This document shows positions 9,413 to 19,786 of a DNA stretch of 64,000 nt, one piece after another. The stretch is from an uncultured Christensenella sp. (GTDB taxonomy: Bacteria > Bacillota > Clostridia > Christensenellales > UBA1242). The position numbers and the translations under genes are program-made. Location of the stretch: contig CAYSUK010000001.1 in NCBI GenBank assembly GCA_964434265.1, forward strand, positions 240,391 to 304,390, read 5' to 3'. The notes beneath the pieces were generated by a model. That model did no database searches and had not been told where the DNA came from. It was given only the letters and a program-made list of their open reading frames with translations. The stretch's first letter is position 1; each line of letters opens with the position of its first letter.

Positions 9413-10258
9413 TTAGATTGTTTCATACATTTTTTTCATAATAATTGCATCTTGAGTTTGAGTTCCACGCGACTCGCAAATCACAATTGGAGAAAGATTA
9501 TACTTTTTAATTACTTTTGCAAGGGGTAAAAAGTCTGGGCCATATTTTTGGTCGTCAAATGTAAGATGTCGTATCTCGCCTTTTGCACCGTATTCTATTT
9601 TACTAAAATGAATATGTACATTTTTCATTCTTTCATATCCCAATCTATCAATGCAATATTTTACAACTTTTTCAAAGTCTTCTTCGCCTTTTAGACTGCC
9701 TTGTGTAAGTGCATTTATGTGCCCAAAATCAAGAGTTGGGATAAAATGGTCGAATACTGTACATAGATCAACAATTTCTTCGTATGAGCCTATTTGAGCT
9801 GTTTTCCCCATTGTTTCCAAGCATACATACATGTCGTCAAGTCCGTTTTGAATAATAACATCTTTGAGCCATACAAGTCTTTCTTTTGTGAGTCGGATTG
9901 CTTCATTTCGTTCCAACTTGCCGCAAGATGCAGGGTGCACAACAAGATGGTTTCCGCCCAAAACTTTTAACTTTTTGAGACTATCTATCACATAACCTAT
10001 ACTCTTATATGCCATTTCATCATCTGGATTTGCAAAATTTATATAATATGGTGCGTGAGCAGATATGGTGATGTCATATTTTTTCATCTCATTACAAATA
10101 TCGTTTGCAACTTCATCGCTTACATTAACACCACGATTAAATGGATACTCGTATGCACTCAAACCTTTTTCAGCCAGCCATTTAGCCATGTCGAGAGACG
10201 ACTTACAGCCGTCTGCTATTGCCATTTCACATCTGCCTGATGGCCCAAATTTTGTCAT
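9413..10258 (-). CDS. AP-endonuclease family 2 / xylose-isomerase-like TIM-barrel protein (endonuclease IV-like)
   Basis: 281 aa; SAHAPYYINF...HLVVHP...CLETMG...DFGHINA metal-ligand-like pattern resembling the Nfo family. Confidence 0.6.
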   Translation of the reverse strand: MTKFGPSGRCEMAIADGCKSSLDMAKWLAEKGLSAYEYPFNRGVNVSDEVANDICNEMKKYDITISAHAPYYINFANPDDEMAYKSIGYVIDSLKKLKVLGGNHLVVHPASCGKLERNEAIRLTKERLVWLKDVIIQNGLDDMYVCLETMGKTAQIGSYEEIVDLCTVFDHFIPTLDFGHINALTQGSLKGEEDFEKVVKYCIDRLGYERMKNVHIHFSKIEYGAKGEIRHLTFDDQKYGPDFLPLAKVIKKYNLSPIVICESRGTQTQDAIIMKKMYETI

Positions 10259-10261
10259 ATG

Positions 10262-11116
10262 TTACTCCTTTAAATAGGTTTTCATTTTCGCAATGTTTTC
10301 ATTTACCGAAACAACTGCCAATGGAATATCACCTTGCATCAAAAAATAATTACCATTACAAACATCTAATTTTACACTAAGACCATTTAAGAGTCTCTCA
10401 GTCTTGTCATTAAGTTGAATTTTTCCAAATCCATCAAAAACTTTGTCTATACCTATAAGATACTTTTCAATTTGATTTGACTCCAACAACACGTCAAGTC
10501 CTACACTATCTTGTTTTACAAATTTGCCACTTTCAATTCGATCAAGGCTAGTCATGCAAGCGACCGTACCCAAAATTGACGCAATGTCTCGAGCAATACT
10601 TCTAATATACGTACCACTTCCACATGTAATATCAAATTCAAATACATTTTTCGATATTTCACGTGTGCAAATAATACTTGAAATTATGACACGTTTTGCT
10701 TTTAGTTCGACATTTTCCCCGTTTCGTGCAAGAGTGTATGCTCGCACTCCACCAACGTTTTTAGCGCTAAACATAGGTGGAATTTGGTCTATTTGTCCAA
10801 TCATTTTCGGCAAAACGTTTTGAATGTCTGAAAAAGATATAATTTTAGTCCCTTTTGCGGTGATTTCACCTGTCGCATCAAGCGTATCTGTCGTGTAATT
10901 AAAATCAAAAACTGCAATATATCTTTTAGTTTTGTCCATAAAATAGTTAAACATACGAGTAGCTTTTCCAATAGCAATAGGCAAAATGCCACTAGCCATA
11001 GGGTCAAGAGTCCCCATGTGCCCAACTTTATCAAAATGAAAATGCTTTTTTATTTTTGCAACAACAGTACTGCTGCCTATCCCGCTAGGTTTGTATACAT
11101 TAAGAAATCCTTGCAT
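10262..11116 (-). CDS. truB: tRNA pseudouridine-55 synthase
   Basis: 284 aa; GFLNVYKPSG...KVGHMGTLDPMASGILP catalytic Asp motif. Confidence 0.93.
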   Translation of the reverse strand: MQGFLNVYKPSGIGSSTVVAKIKKHFHFDKVGHMGTLDPMASGILPIAIGKATRMFNYFMDKTKRYIAVFDFNYTTDTLDATGEITAKGTKIISFSDIQNVLPKMIGQIDQIPPMFSAKNVGGVRAYTLARNGENVELKAKRVIISSIICTREISKNVFEFDITCGSGTYIRSIARDIASILGTVACMTSLDRIESGKFVKQDSVGLDVLLESNQIEKYLIGIDKVFDGFGKIQLNDKTERLLNGLSVKLDVCNGNYFLMQGDIPLAVVSVNENIAKMKTYLKE

Positions 11117-12062
11117 AATAGTCCTTTACAGCCTTTTCTATTTTAGATATTACAGTATTATACGTCCCAAAAATATTACAACCTGAAGCATTTACATGGC
11201 CACCGCCACCAAAAGTTTCACATATTTTTGAAACATCAACTTTTCCCTTACTTCTAAAACTACATGTATACAATCCAGGTCTCTCTTCACTAATTAGAAC
11301 TCCAATTTTTGCACAATCGATGTTTACACATGTATCTACAATACCAAAGGTTTCTAGATTTGTGCAGTTTTGCTCTTTAAAATCTCTAAGGGTAAGAAAT
11401 GTAATAGCAAGAGTATTGTTACACAAAAACCGCATATGCGAAAGTGCAGTTTTGAGTAGACCTATTTGCCCGATGGTTTTACGTTTGAAAAGATAATAAT
11501 TTGCTTCATCAAAATTGAAGTTATACTCCATAAGTTTACTTGCGACATAATGTGTTTGACTTGTGGTCGAATTATGCATAAAGCAACCAGTATCACTCGA
11601 CAATCCAGCATAAAGCGAACAAGCAATATCAGAATCAAATTCTGTCCCAAGTTCTGTCAATAAGAAAAACAATATTTCGCAAGTACTGCCAAGCAATTCA
11701 ACATGATTATATGTAGCAAAATTTTCTTGTGTTTTGTGGTGGTCAATTTTGATAGTGGTCGGAATTTTTGAAAACAATGAAGAGTATTTGCCAAGGCGAT
11801 TTAAATCAGAACAATCTACCGCAACTCCCAAATCATAATCTTCACAAGTGGGAACATTTATATCCGATATATGCTTTATAAATGCATAATTCTCTGGCAA
11901 AACACAATCACAGTATATATCACAAACAGCACCCATTTTAATGAGTGCTTGTTTTAGTGCCGAAGCCGAACCAAAGCAATCACCATCTGGACGTTTGTGT
12001 GCAAAAATGGCGACTCTTTTGGCTGATTTTAAGTTTTGAATAATGTTGTTATCTATTTTCAT
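11100..12062 (-). CDS. nrnA: DHH-family phosphoesterase (NrnA-type oligoribonuclease/pAp phosphatase)
   Basis: 320 aa; HKRPDGD, DHH ('IKIDHHKT') and GGGH motifs. Confidence 0.8.
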   Translation of the reverse strand: MKIDNNIIQNLKSAKRVAIFAHKRPDGDCFGSASALKQALIKMGAVCDIYCDCVLPENYAFIKHISDINVPTCEDYDLGVAVDCSDLNRLGKYSSLFSKIPTTIKIDHHKTQENFATYNHVELLGSTCEILFFLLTELGTEFDSDIACSLYAGLSSDTGCFMHNSTTSQTHYVASKLMEYNFNFDEANYYLFKRKTIGQIGLLKTALSHMRFLCNNTLAITFLTLRDFKEQNCTNLETFGIVDTCVNIDCAKIGVLISEERPGLYTCSFRSKGKVDVSKICETFGGGGHVNASGCNIFGTYNTVISKIEKAVKDYYARIS

Positions 12063-12417
12063 TATTGTCCCTTTTATCGTTTATTTCGTCGATTACTTCG
12101 TCTATTCTTTGGCCATACTCGTATGACTCATCTAAAATAAACTCAAGATATGGGACTTTTCTAAGGTCAATTCGCTCACAAAGTTCACGTCTTAGATAGC
12201 CTGCCGAATGCAAAATTTGATTAAAAATTTCTTTTTTATCTTCACCCGGACAGAATACACTAACATAAACTTTCGATATACTAAGATCACTTGTCGTATC
12301 AACACGAGTTATACTAATTATCCCCTTTACTAGTGGATTTTTCATATCGTATGTTATAATCTCACTAAGGTGTTTTTGTATCTCTCCGTTTATTTTTAGT
12401 ATGCGTGTACTAGCCAT
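12049..12417 (-). CDS. rbfA: Ribosome-binding factor A
   Basis: 122 aa; RILKINGEIQKHLSEII...ITRVDTTSDLSISKVYVS pattern. Confidence 0.9.
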   Translation of the reverse strand: MASTRILKINGEIQKHLSEIITYDMKNPLVKGIISITRVDTTSDLSISKVYVSVFCPGEDKKEIFNQILHSAGYLRRELCERIDLRKVPYLEFILDESYEYGQRIDEVIDEINDKRDNNENR

Positions 12418-12425
12418 AATAACTC

Positions 12426-14825
12426 CTAAATTTGTTTCATTTCGTATGCTTCAATCACATCGCCAATTTTAATGTCATTGTAGTTTTTAAGTTTGATACC
12501 ACATTCGTAGCCAGATTTAACAGTTTTTGCATCGTCTTTTTGTTGTTGAAGAGTCTCGATTTCTGTTTCCGCAACGACTACATTACTTCTAAGCAAGCGT
12601 ACCTTGGCTCCACGATTTACTACACCGTCCAATACATAACAACCTGCAATAGTTCCTACGCTGCTAATTTTGAATGTTTGACGTATTTCGGCATGACCTA
12701 AAGTCACTTCTTCAAATTTAGGTGCGAGCATGCCATTTATAGCAAGTGTTATGTCATCGACTGCTTCATAAATTACGCGATACAATTTGACATCTACACC
12801 ATTTCTCTCTGCCAATGCCTTAGCTTTTGCATCAGGTCTAACATTAAAGCCAATAATAATCGCATGGCTTGCTTGTGCCAAAAGCACGTCACTTTCATTA
12901 ATTCCGCCGACAGATGCATGAATACATTTTACCCTAACTTCTTCGTTGTGTATTTTTTCTAGGGTGTCTTTCAATGCTTCACTAGAGCCTTTTACGTCGG
13001 CCTTGATAATTATATTAAGTACCTTTATTTCATTGTCGGCAGATTGTTTTAAGAAGTCTTCAAGAGTTATGTTTGTGCCTTGATTACTCTTCTCAATTTG
13101 CATTTTAGCGGTACGCTCAGCTACGATATTTTTAGCCATTTTTTCATCAACAACATATGCTTTATCGCCAGCTTCTGGTACGACATTAAATCCCAAAACT
13201 GACACTGCTGTACTAGGCTCAGCCGTTTTTACACTATTGCCTTTGTAATCCATCATAGCTCTGACTCTTCCGCTTGCAACACCGCTTACGATATAGTCGC
13301 CCACTTTAAGAGTTCCGTCACGAACGAGCACTGTCGCCACAACACCACGACCTTTATCAACCTTACTTTCAATAACAAAGCCACTAGCATCTTGTGTAGG
13401 ATCAGCAGATAATTCGGATACATCACTTACAAGAAGCACCATTTCCAACAACTGGTCAATTCCCATACCAGTAAGTGCAGAAATAGGAACACAAATCGCA
13501 TCTCCACCCCATTGTTCTGGGACGATATCATATTCGGTAAGTTGTTGTAGAATGCGGTCAGGATTTGCTGTCGGTTTGTCCATTTTGTTTATTGCAACAA
13601 TCATCGGAACACCTGCAGCCTTAATATGATTTATGGCCTCGACAGTTTGAGGCATAATTCCATCATCAGCCGCAACAACAAGAATTGCAATATCGGTCAC
13701 TTTTGCACCTCTTGCACGCATAGCAGTAAATGCTTCATGTCCAGGAGTATCAATAAAAGTAATTTTGCGATTGTTTACTTCGATAGAATATGCACCTATA
13801 TGTTGGGTAATTCCGCCTGCTTCGCCAGACACAACATTGGTCTTTTTAATTGCGTCCAAAAGCGAAGTTTTGCCATGGTCTACGTGTCCCATAACAGTAA
13901 CAATTGGTGGACGTCTAACAAGATTTTCGTCACGACTATCAAACATTTCTTGAAGTTGTTCTTCGTAATTTTTCTCAACATTGCGTTTGAGAGTAATTCC
14001 AAATTCGCCCGCAACAAGTTCGGCTGTATCAAAATCAATCACGCTATTTATATTTGGCATCATGCCTAGCATCATAAACTTCTTTATAATCTCAGTCGCT
14101 GGCTTGCCAAGTTTTTCAGATAATATCTTGACAGTCAAATTATCTGTAGTAATTGTAGCTTCTGTAATTTCTTGTTTCTCAACAACAGTATTTTGTTTGG
14201 CTTTCTTTGGTTTTAGTGTACGAACTCTTCCCATGCGCTCTTCAGCTTCGTAATCATCGAGTTCGACAAATCCCATACGGATTTTAGCCTTTATGTTTAG
14301 TCCTTGTTTGTCACTATCTATTACCTTTGATTTGTTTTTGTTTCCAAAACTACGTTCTGGCTTTGTAATAACAGTAATTTTTTCCACCTTTCCAAGGCTA
14401 GGTTTTGCCGTAGGACGTGGCGCTCCAGTAGTTGGACGACTAGTAGCCCCTTGTGTAGGACGTGCCCCTGCACCTTGTGGTCTAGCACCTTGTGAAGGTC
14501 GCGTTCCTTGTTGACGTGGCACAAAACCGTTGTTTGGACGGCTGTCTTGGCGACGTTCGAATGGCTTCGCTTGGGCGTTTGGTGTATTTTGACGCTCAAA
14601 AGACTTAGGGGTGTATACCTCTTTTGGTGCAGAAGTTTCTGTCTCAGTTTTCTTTGCGACAGATTGTTCCTTTGATTTTAAAATTTTGCAATAGTTATCA
14701 AGAGCAAGTTTTGCCTTTGATATTGCACTGACAAACGAACTCAACTCGTTTGTACTAAGTAGTCCACCTAGTGTTTTTAAATTTTCAAATTGACTACCTT
14801 GTTGTTTGTTTGTGTTTTTCTCCAA
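12426..14825 (-). CDS. infB: Translation initiation factor IF-2
   Basis: 799 aa; G-domain [23 protein letters not shown]; low-complexity Q/R/P N-terminus; apparent TTG start. Confidence 0.97.
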   Translation of the reverse strand: MEKNTNKQQGSQFENLKTLGGLLSTNELSSFVSAISKAKLALDNYCKILKSKEQSVAKKTETETSAPKEVYTPKSFERQNTPNAQAKPFERRQDSRPNNGFVPRQQGTRPSQGARPQGAGARPTQGATSRPTTGAPRPTAKPSLGKVEKITVITKPERSFGNKNKSKVIDSDKQGLNIKAKIRMGFVELDDYEAEERMGRVRTLKPKKAKQNTVVEKQEITEATITTDNLTVKILSEKLGKPATEIIKKFMMLGMMPNINSVIDFDTAELVAGEFGITLKRNVEKNYEEQLQEMFDSRDENLVRRPPIVTVMGHVDHGKTSLLDAIKKTNVVSGEAGGITQHIGAYSIEVNNRKITFIDTPGHEAFTAMRARGAKVTDIAILVVAADDGIMPQTVEAINHIKAAGVPMIVAINKMDKPTANPDRILQQLTEYDIVPEQWGGDAICVPISALTGMGIDQLLEMVLLVSDVSELSADPTQDASGFVIESKVDKGRGVVATVLVRDGTLKVGDYIVSGVASGRVRAMMDYKGNSVKTAEPSTAVSVLGFNVVPEAGDKAYVVDEKMAKNIVAERTAKMQIEKSNQGTNITLEDFLKQSADNEIKVLNIIIKADVKGSSEALKDTLEKIHNEEVRVKCIHASVGGINESDVLLAQASHAIIIGFNVRPDAKAKALAERNGVDVKLYRVIYEAVDDITLAINGMLAPKFEEVTLGHAEIRQTFKISSVGTIAGCYVLDGVVNRGAKVRLLRSNVVVAETEIETLQQQKDDAKTVKSGYECGIKLKNYNDIKIGDVIEAYEMKQI

Positions 14826-14827
14826 AA

Positions 14828-15163
14828 TTATATTTCCCCTTTATATATTATGTCACAGCAACCGATAATTGCCTGAGCCAAATGTTTATCTGTCACCCCT
14901 GCAAGTTTGCAAGTAGGTCGATTTATAAGTACTCCAAATGTCCCACTCACTTTTACCAAAGTGCAATTTCTACTTTGTGCAAACGTAAGTATTTTGCTAT
15001 GATTCTTTTCTGTCAAATCGTCACCAATTATTATTACAAAAAGGTGTTTGCGACAGGACAATATGTTGTCAAGTCCAAAAACCATGGAGCGGTTTTTTAT
15101 AGAAAACCCCAAATATGAAGTAATGTTATTTTTGATTTGCTCCAATAGATTTCTCCTTAACAT
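14828..15163 (-). CDS. ylxQ: L7Ae-family RNA-binding protein YlxQ
   Basis: Conserved position between ylxR and infB; start uncertain (track start 15187; ATG at 15163 chosen). Confidence 0.65.
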   Translation of the reverse strand: MLRRNLLEQIKNNITSYLGFSIKNRSMVFGLDNILSCRKHLFVIIIGDDLTEKNHSKILTFAQSRNCTLVKVSGTFGVLINRPTCKLAGVTDKHLAQAIIGCCDIIYKGEI

Positions 15164-15398
15164 CGGTATAAATTTGTTCTCCAACATTTGCCTTAAACGA
15201 GCGATTTAGTAATTTTGACTTTATACATTTTGAAACGCATTCGTCATTATTACAGATATATGCACCACGGCCGTTTAATTTTCCTGTTGGATCAATCGCA
15301 TATGTGTTTGAGTCTGCTTGCAAAACAACTCTAAGCATATCTACCTTAGGTCGCATTTGCTTACACGAAACACACATGCGCATAGGTGTTTTTTTCAT
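15126..15398 (-). CDS. ylxR: YlxR/DUF448 RNA-binding protein
   Basis: 90 aa; PMRMCVSCK...GRGAYIC motif; directly after nusA. Confidence 0.8.
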   Translation of the reverse strand: MKKTPMRMCVSCKQMRPKVDMLRVVLQADSNTYAIDPTGKLNGRGAYICNNDECVSKCIKSKLLNRSFKANVGEQIYTDVKEKSIGANQK

Positions 15399-16528
15399 TA
15401 GTTTAAATCTCCAAATGCATCGTCACCATCAAACAATTGGTCATAATTGTTGTCTTCTACATAATCGTCATTGTTTAGGTCAAATGATGGCACAACGCTC
15501 TTTGCTTTAACATCAATTTTCCAACCGGTAAGACGAGCTGCAAGTCTAACATTTTGTCCGCTTTTGCCAATTGCAAGTGAGAGTTTGTCATCAGGCACAA
15601 CAGCAAGGCATGATTTTTCGTTTTGATTTAGTTCGACATGAAGTACAGTCGCTGGGCTAAGTGCCGCCGATATAAATTCAACTGGATCTTCGCTATATGG
15701 TACGATATCTATTTTCTCACCATTTAATTCGTTTACGATTGCATTTACACGCATACCCTTATTGCCGACACAAGCGCCGATGCAGTCAAGATTTGGATTT
15801 GACGAATAAACAGAAAGTTTTGTACGATAACCTGCTTCTCTAACAATGTTTTTAATAACAACTTCGCCTGATTGTACTTCTGGAACTTCTAGTTCGAAGA
15901 GTTTTCTTACAAAGTTTGGATTTGTACGAGTAAGTTGGACATAAGGCATATTAAAGGATTCGCGAATAGCTCTTACAAGTACTTTAATTCGAGAATTTGG
16001 TGTGTATTTTTCACCTGGAATACGGTCATTTACGCCGAGCACTCCTTCTACTTGTGTCATGCCCATATCACAATATACATTATCGCCTTCCATACGACGT
16101 ACAATAACGGTCAAAAGTTCGTCTTGTTTGCTACTAACTTCGTCCATAATTTGTCCACGTTCTGCTTCTCTTAATCTTTGCATAACTACTTGCTTTGCTG
16201 TTTGCGCTGCGATACGTCCAAAGTTTTTAGGAGTCTCTTCTTGTGCAACAACATCACCCACTTTGTATGATTTTTTCAAAGCCTTTGCTTCAAGTAAACT
16301 AATCTCTTTATCTGGGTCAGTTACTTCTTCTACGATAGTTTTGTAAGAGTAAATCTTAATAGAGTTTTTCTCTGGGTTTAGTTTTACTTCAGCACTTTTT
16401 GCTTCACCTATGTGTTTTTTATAAGCACTAGTAAGCGCTGATTCAAGTGCTTCGATAAAATATTCTTTATTTATTCCTTTTTGTTCTTCCAAATCATTTA
16501 ATGCTTGAAAAAAATCCTTATTTACCAT
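15398..16528 (-). CDS. nusA: Transcription termination/antitermination factor NusA
   Basis: 376 aa; S1 and two KH regions (ACVGNKGMRV..., AIGKSGQNVRLAARLTGWKIDV). Confidence 0.96.
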   Translation of the reverse strand: MVNKDFFQALNDLEEQKGINKEYFIEALESALTSAYKKHIGEAKSAEVKLNPEKNSIKIYSYKTIVEEVTDPDKEISLLEAKALKKSYKVGDVVAQEETPKNFGRIAAQTAKQVVMQRLREAERGQIMDEVSSKQDELLTVIVRRMEGDNVYCDMGMTQVEGVLGVNDRIPGEKYTPNSRIKVLVRAIRESFNMPYVQLTRTNPNFVRKLFELEVPEVQSGEVVIKNIVREAGYRTKLSVYSSNPNLDCIGACVGNKGMRVNAIVNELNGEKIDIVPYSEDPVEFISAALSPATVLHVELNQNEKSCLAVVPDDKLSLAIGKSGQNVRLAARLTGWKIDVKAKSVVPSFDLNNDDYVEDNNYDQLFDGDDAFGDLN

Positions 16529-16540
16529 TTTTTCTTTCTC

Positions 16541-17005
16541 CTAAAATTTTATTACTGGCACTATTTGTGCAATATTTTTTCTGTCTATTTTGTATAATTT
16601 TTCACTTATTATTTCGATACTTTGCTCATTCCAAGATTGCAAAACACCTTCTAAGTTTTTTCCACCAAACTCTTTTTGCGCCTGATAGAATTTGACTTCA
16701 ACTTCTTTTCCTAAGTACTTATCAAATTGATAAGCTGTTGTGATTGGGTGGTCAAGACCCATCGACGAAACGTTTAGATTGTATGATGCACCGTTTGTAG
16801 GATCGATATCATCAAGCGGAGTGTCTAGTGCGTGCGAGACCAACTCGCAATCGTTTATGTTTACACCGCCGTCTTTGTCAATAATCACTTCTAGCACCAT
16901 ACCAGTGTTTTGTTTTCTGTACTCAACGTCCACCAAAACAAATCCAAGGTCGGTTACGATTTCGTTTATTTTATCGTAACAACTACTTACTACTTTCCCT
17001 TTCAT
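16541..17005 (-). CDS. rimP: Ribosome maturation factor RimP
   Basis: 154 aa; conserved position upstream of nusA. Confidence 0.9.
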   Translation of the reverse strand: MKGKVVSSCYDKINEIVTDLGFVLVDVEYRKQNTGMVLEVIIDKDGGVNINDCELVSHALDTPLDDIDPTNGASYNLNVSSMGLDHPITTAYQFDKYLGKEVEVKFYQAQKEFGGKNLEGVLQSWNEQSIEIISEKLYKIDRKNIAQIVPVIKF

Positions 17006-17119
17006 ACACTCTCCTTATAAATTGAAAAGTGGATTTATCAAAAACCCACTTTCAGCATAATCTATTGTAGTTATATATAATATAACATATATTATTTTAA
17101 AAATCAATACTTTTTATGC

Positions 17120-18670
17120 TTATTTAGGTGAAACATTGTCGCTTATAAGCAATAAAACTTCAGCTGTTGCTATGGCATCATTGATGGCACGGTGTGCATT
17201 GTCGAGATTTACACCAAGCCGAGTGGCTATACTTTTTAGATTAAACGTCTTTGCTCCCTTGACTTCTTTACGAGCAAGAAACAATGCATCGACTTGACGA
17301 TTATTAAACTTATATCCAAGTTTTGTGCCTGCTTTATTTAAAAATTTGTAGTCAAAATCAATATTGTATGCAACAATTACACAGCCATAACAGAACTTAT
17401 AAAAGTCAGGAATAATCTCTGATATGTTATGTGCATCTTTGACCATAGCATTTGTGATATTTGTAATAGAAGTAATCTCTGCACTTATGAGTTCTTTGGG
17501 TTTTACAAAACAAGAAAATGTCTCTGACAACTTGCCATTATGCAATTTGACCGCACCAATTTCTATTATTTCACATGTTTGATAATCAAGACCTGTTGTT
17601 TCAAAGTCAAACACAACAACGTCGTTTTGTTTTAAAAACTCATTTACTGGTCGCTCGCCCATTAAAAAATTCTCTTGAGTAGGATTTATATATGGTTCGG
17701 GTTTTACAAAAACATAATCATTTGGGCATGGCTTTTCCTTCACTTCTTTTACCACAACTTCTGGCAAAGTGCACTCAGTCACCCCTTTTACTCGCACATT
17801 TAAGTTGCCATTGTATTCTTCGACGCTACCCACAACCACGACATGGTCGCCATCATGTACTTCTTCTATTTTTTCGCCATCGTTTTTAGTCGGAAAATAA
17901 GTGCAATTTATTGTTGCATCGTCATATTTTAGAGCAAATCGATACAAATATTTTTCTTCGCCGTTTGGGTTTGTTTTAGTCTTTTTTATGTATGGCTTTT
18001 TTATGAAATAATGGACCACTCCGCCGACTTCGACATGTTCAAGTTCGCCCTTTATAGCCTTTATTGGCAAAACAGCATTTGATATTTGTTCGCCACAAAC
18101 CAATGTCGCATTTTCAACAGAATATTCGTTATATACAGGTACATCTTCAAAGTATTGTTCTTCTATTTCTCGTTCTTTAATTGCTAAAATATCTTGAGTT
18201 GTGGTGTCTTTAAATTCACTCAAAAGCACCTTAAATGATGCAAAAAAGTATTTCTCACACTCCAACTCAATCTTGCGTGACATATTTTGTGTGATATAGT
18301 GGTCATACAAATCTTTTTTTAGTAGCATTGTCACAAGGACATTTGTCCCATCAATCACGACATCAATATCGTCCCGTGTAAAACCTAATACATCACCGCT
18401 TCCACCAAATTGTTTGAACACAAGGTTTTTGATTGCATCTTCGTCGAGATACGACTTTGAAAGTTTGACGTCAATTTTGAGTTCGTTGTTGTAGTATTTA
18501 GTTATAAGGTCGATAATTTCGTCTTTATTTTTTTGATATAATGCTGGATAATCATATACAAAACGAAAAGTATTTAAGTTTTTCTCCTTATCAAAGACAA
18601 CACCTACAAGTTTTAGTTTCTTGTAAGTGTTGTTTGTTTGTTTATTAATATAAGTCAAAAGGTCGTCCAT
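17120..18670 (-). CDS. OB-fold + DEDDh 3'-5' exonuclease resembling the N-terminal third of PolC (no PHP or polymerase domains)
   Basis: 516 aa; Exo I VVVFDFETTGL, Exo II VAYNIDFDYKFL, Exo III HRAINDAIATAEV; preceding ~100-aa segment (HVEVGGVVHYF...NLNVRVKGVTE) looks like an OB fold; sits where polC sits in Firmicutes synteny. Confidence 0.7.
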   Translation of the reverse strand: MDDLLTYINKQTNNTYKKLKLVGVVFDKEKNLNTFRFVYDYPALYQKNKDEIIDLITKYYNNELKIDVKLSKSYLDEDAIKNLVFKQFGGSGDVLGFTRDDIDVVIDGTNVLVTMLLKKDLYDHYITQNMSRKIELECEKYFFASFKVLLSEFKDTTTQDILAIKEREIEEQYFEDVPVYNEYSVENATLVCGEQISNAVLPIKAIKGELEHVEVGGVVHYFIKKPYIKKTKTNPNGEEKYLYRFALKYDDATINCTYFPTKNDGEKIEEVHDGDHVVVVGSVEEYNGNLNVRVKGVTECTLPEVVVKEVKEKPCPNDYVFVKPEPYINPTQENFLMGERPVNEFLKQNDVVVFDFETTGLDYQTCEIIEIGAVKLHNGKLSETFSCFVKPKELISAEITSITNITNAMVKDAHNISEIIPDFYKFCYGCVIVAYNIDFDYKFLNKAGTKLGYKFNNRQVDALFLARKEVKGAKTFNLKSIATRLGVNLDNAHRAINDAIATAEVLLLISDNVSPK

Positions 18671-18679
18671 AGTATTCCC

Positions 18680-19774
18680 CTAAAAAACCAACATTTGTAA
18701 GAAGTCCATAATGATAACAAAGGCAAACAATACACAGATTCCGACAGCGTGAATCTTAGCTTCGATTTCTTTATTAACTGGCTTCTTCCGTATTGCCTCG
18801 ATAAGCACAAACACTATTCTTGCCCCATCAAGTGCGGGTATTGGAAGTAGATTAAAGACCGCCAAATTGACAGCAATCAATGGCACTAGAAGTAGTAGAT
18901 TTAGAAGACTTTGACTGCTTGCGGTTGCGATTTGAGATATGGTCGTAACTGGTCCGCCAAGACTTTTAAAGCCCTTTCCAACAAAAAGTTTGCCTAGTAT
19001 AACAAGACACTCCCAAGCGACTTCGCATGAGAATGGAACGGCTCTAAGTAGCGATTTTCCAAATGAATAACTATGATATTTACTTGTGACTCCAACGACA
19101 TATTTTGTCTTTGCAACACCATTTTCGTATATTACATTGCCATCATTATCGGTTTCTTCAATCGCATATTTTTTTACTGTAACATCGAGTGTTTGGTTTT
19201 TGCCATCGACAGTACGATTTATTGTAAGCACAACTTCGGTCGTATCGTCATTTATTCCTGCCATGACCGAATTAAAAGTCCCATTAAAAAACGAGCATTT
19301 TTCGCCATCAACATGAGTCACTATATCGCCTACTCGAAGGTCGTTTAGATTATTTTGAGTGACTGATGTGATTTTTGTTTGGCCATCACCGATGACCGCC
19401 AACAAGATTATACTAAACAAAATTGCTGAGATAAAGTTAAATAATGCACCACTCGCCAAAACAATAACACGTTTCCACCATGCTTGGTTGTTAAATGCGG
19501 ACGGGTCACTATCTTCTTCGTCTTCACCAAAGGCACAATAACCACCAAGCGGAACAAGACGAATGGCGAAAACTTCGCCATTTTTCTTTGTTTTCTTAAA
19601 GAGTGCCTTTCCAAAACCTATCGAAAACTCATAAATTTTAAATTTTAAAAGTTTGCCAGCCGTATAATGTCCAAACTCATGAATGGTAATCATAAGCATA
19701 AGGATTAGGATTGCGAGCAAAACATAACCTATGCTGGACATAACCGAAGCAAAACTACCTAAAAGTGAAATCAA
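18680..19774 (-). CDS. rseP: Site-2 zinc metalloprotease RseP/RasP (M50)
   Basis: 364 aa; HEFGHY zinc motif in TM1, PDZ-like middle, NLLPIPALDG motif; apparent TTG start. Confidence 0.88.
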   Translation of the reverse strand: MISLLGSFASVMSSIGYVLLAILILMLMITIHEFGHYTAGKLLKFKIYEFSIGFGKALFKKTKKNGEVFAIRLVPLGGYCAFGEDEEDSDPSAFNNQAWWKRVIVLASGALFNFISAILFSIILLAVIGDGQTKITSVTQNNLNDLRVGDIVTHVDGEKCSFFNGTFNSVMAGINDDTTEVVLTINRTVDGKNQTLDVTVKKYAIEETDNDGNVIYENGVAKTKYVVGVTSKYHSYSFGKSLLRAVPFSCEVAWECLVILGKLFVGKGFKSLGGPVTTISQIATASSQSLLNLLLLVPLIAVNLAVFNLLPIPALDGARIVFVLIEAIRKKPVNKEIEAKIHAVGICVLFAFVIIMDFLQMLVF

Positions 19775-19786
19775 ATCAATACTCCA

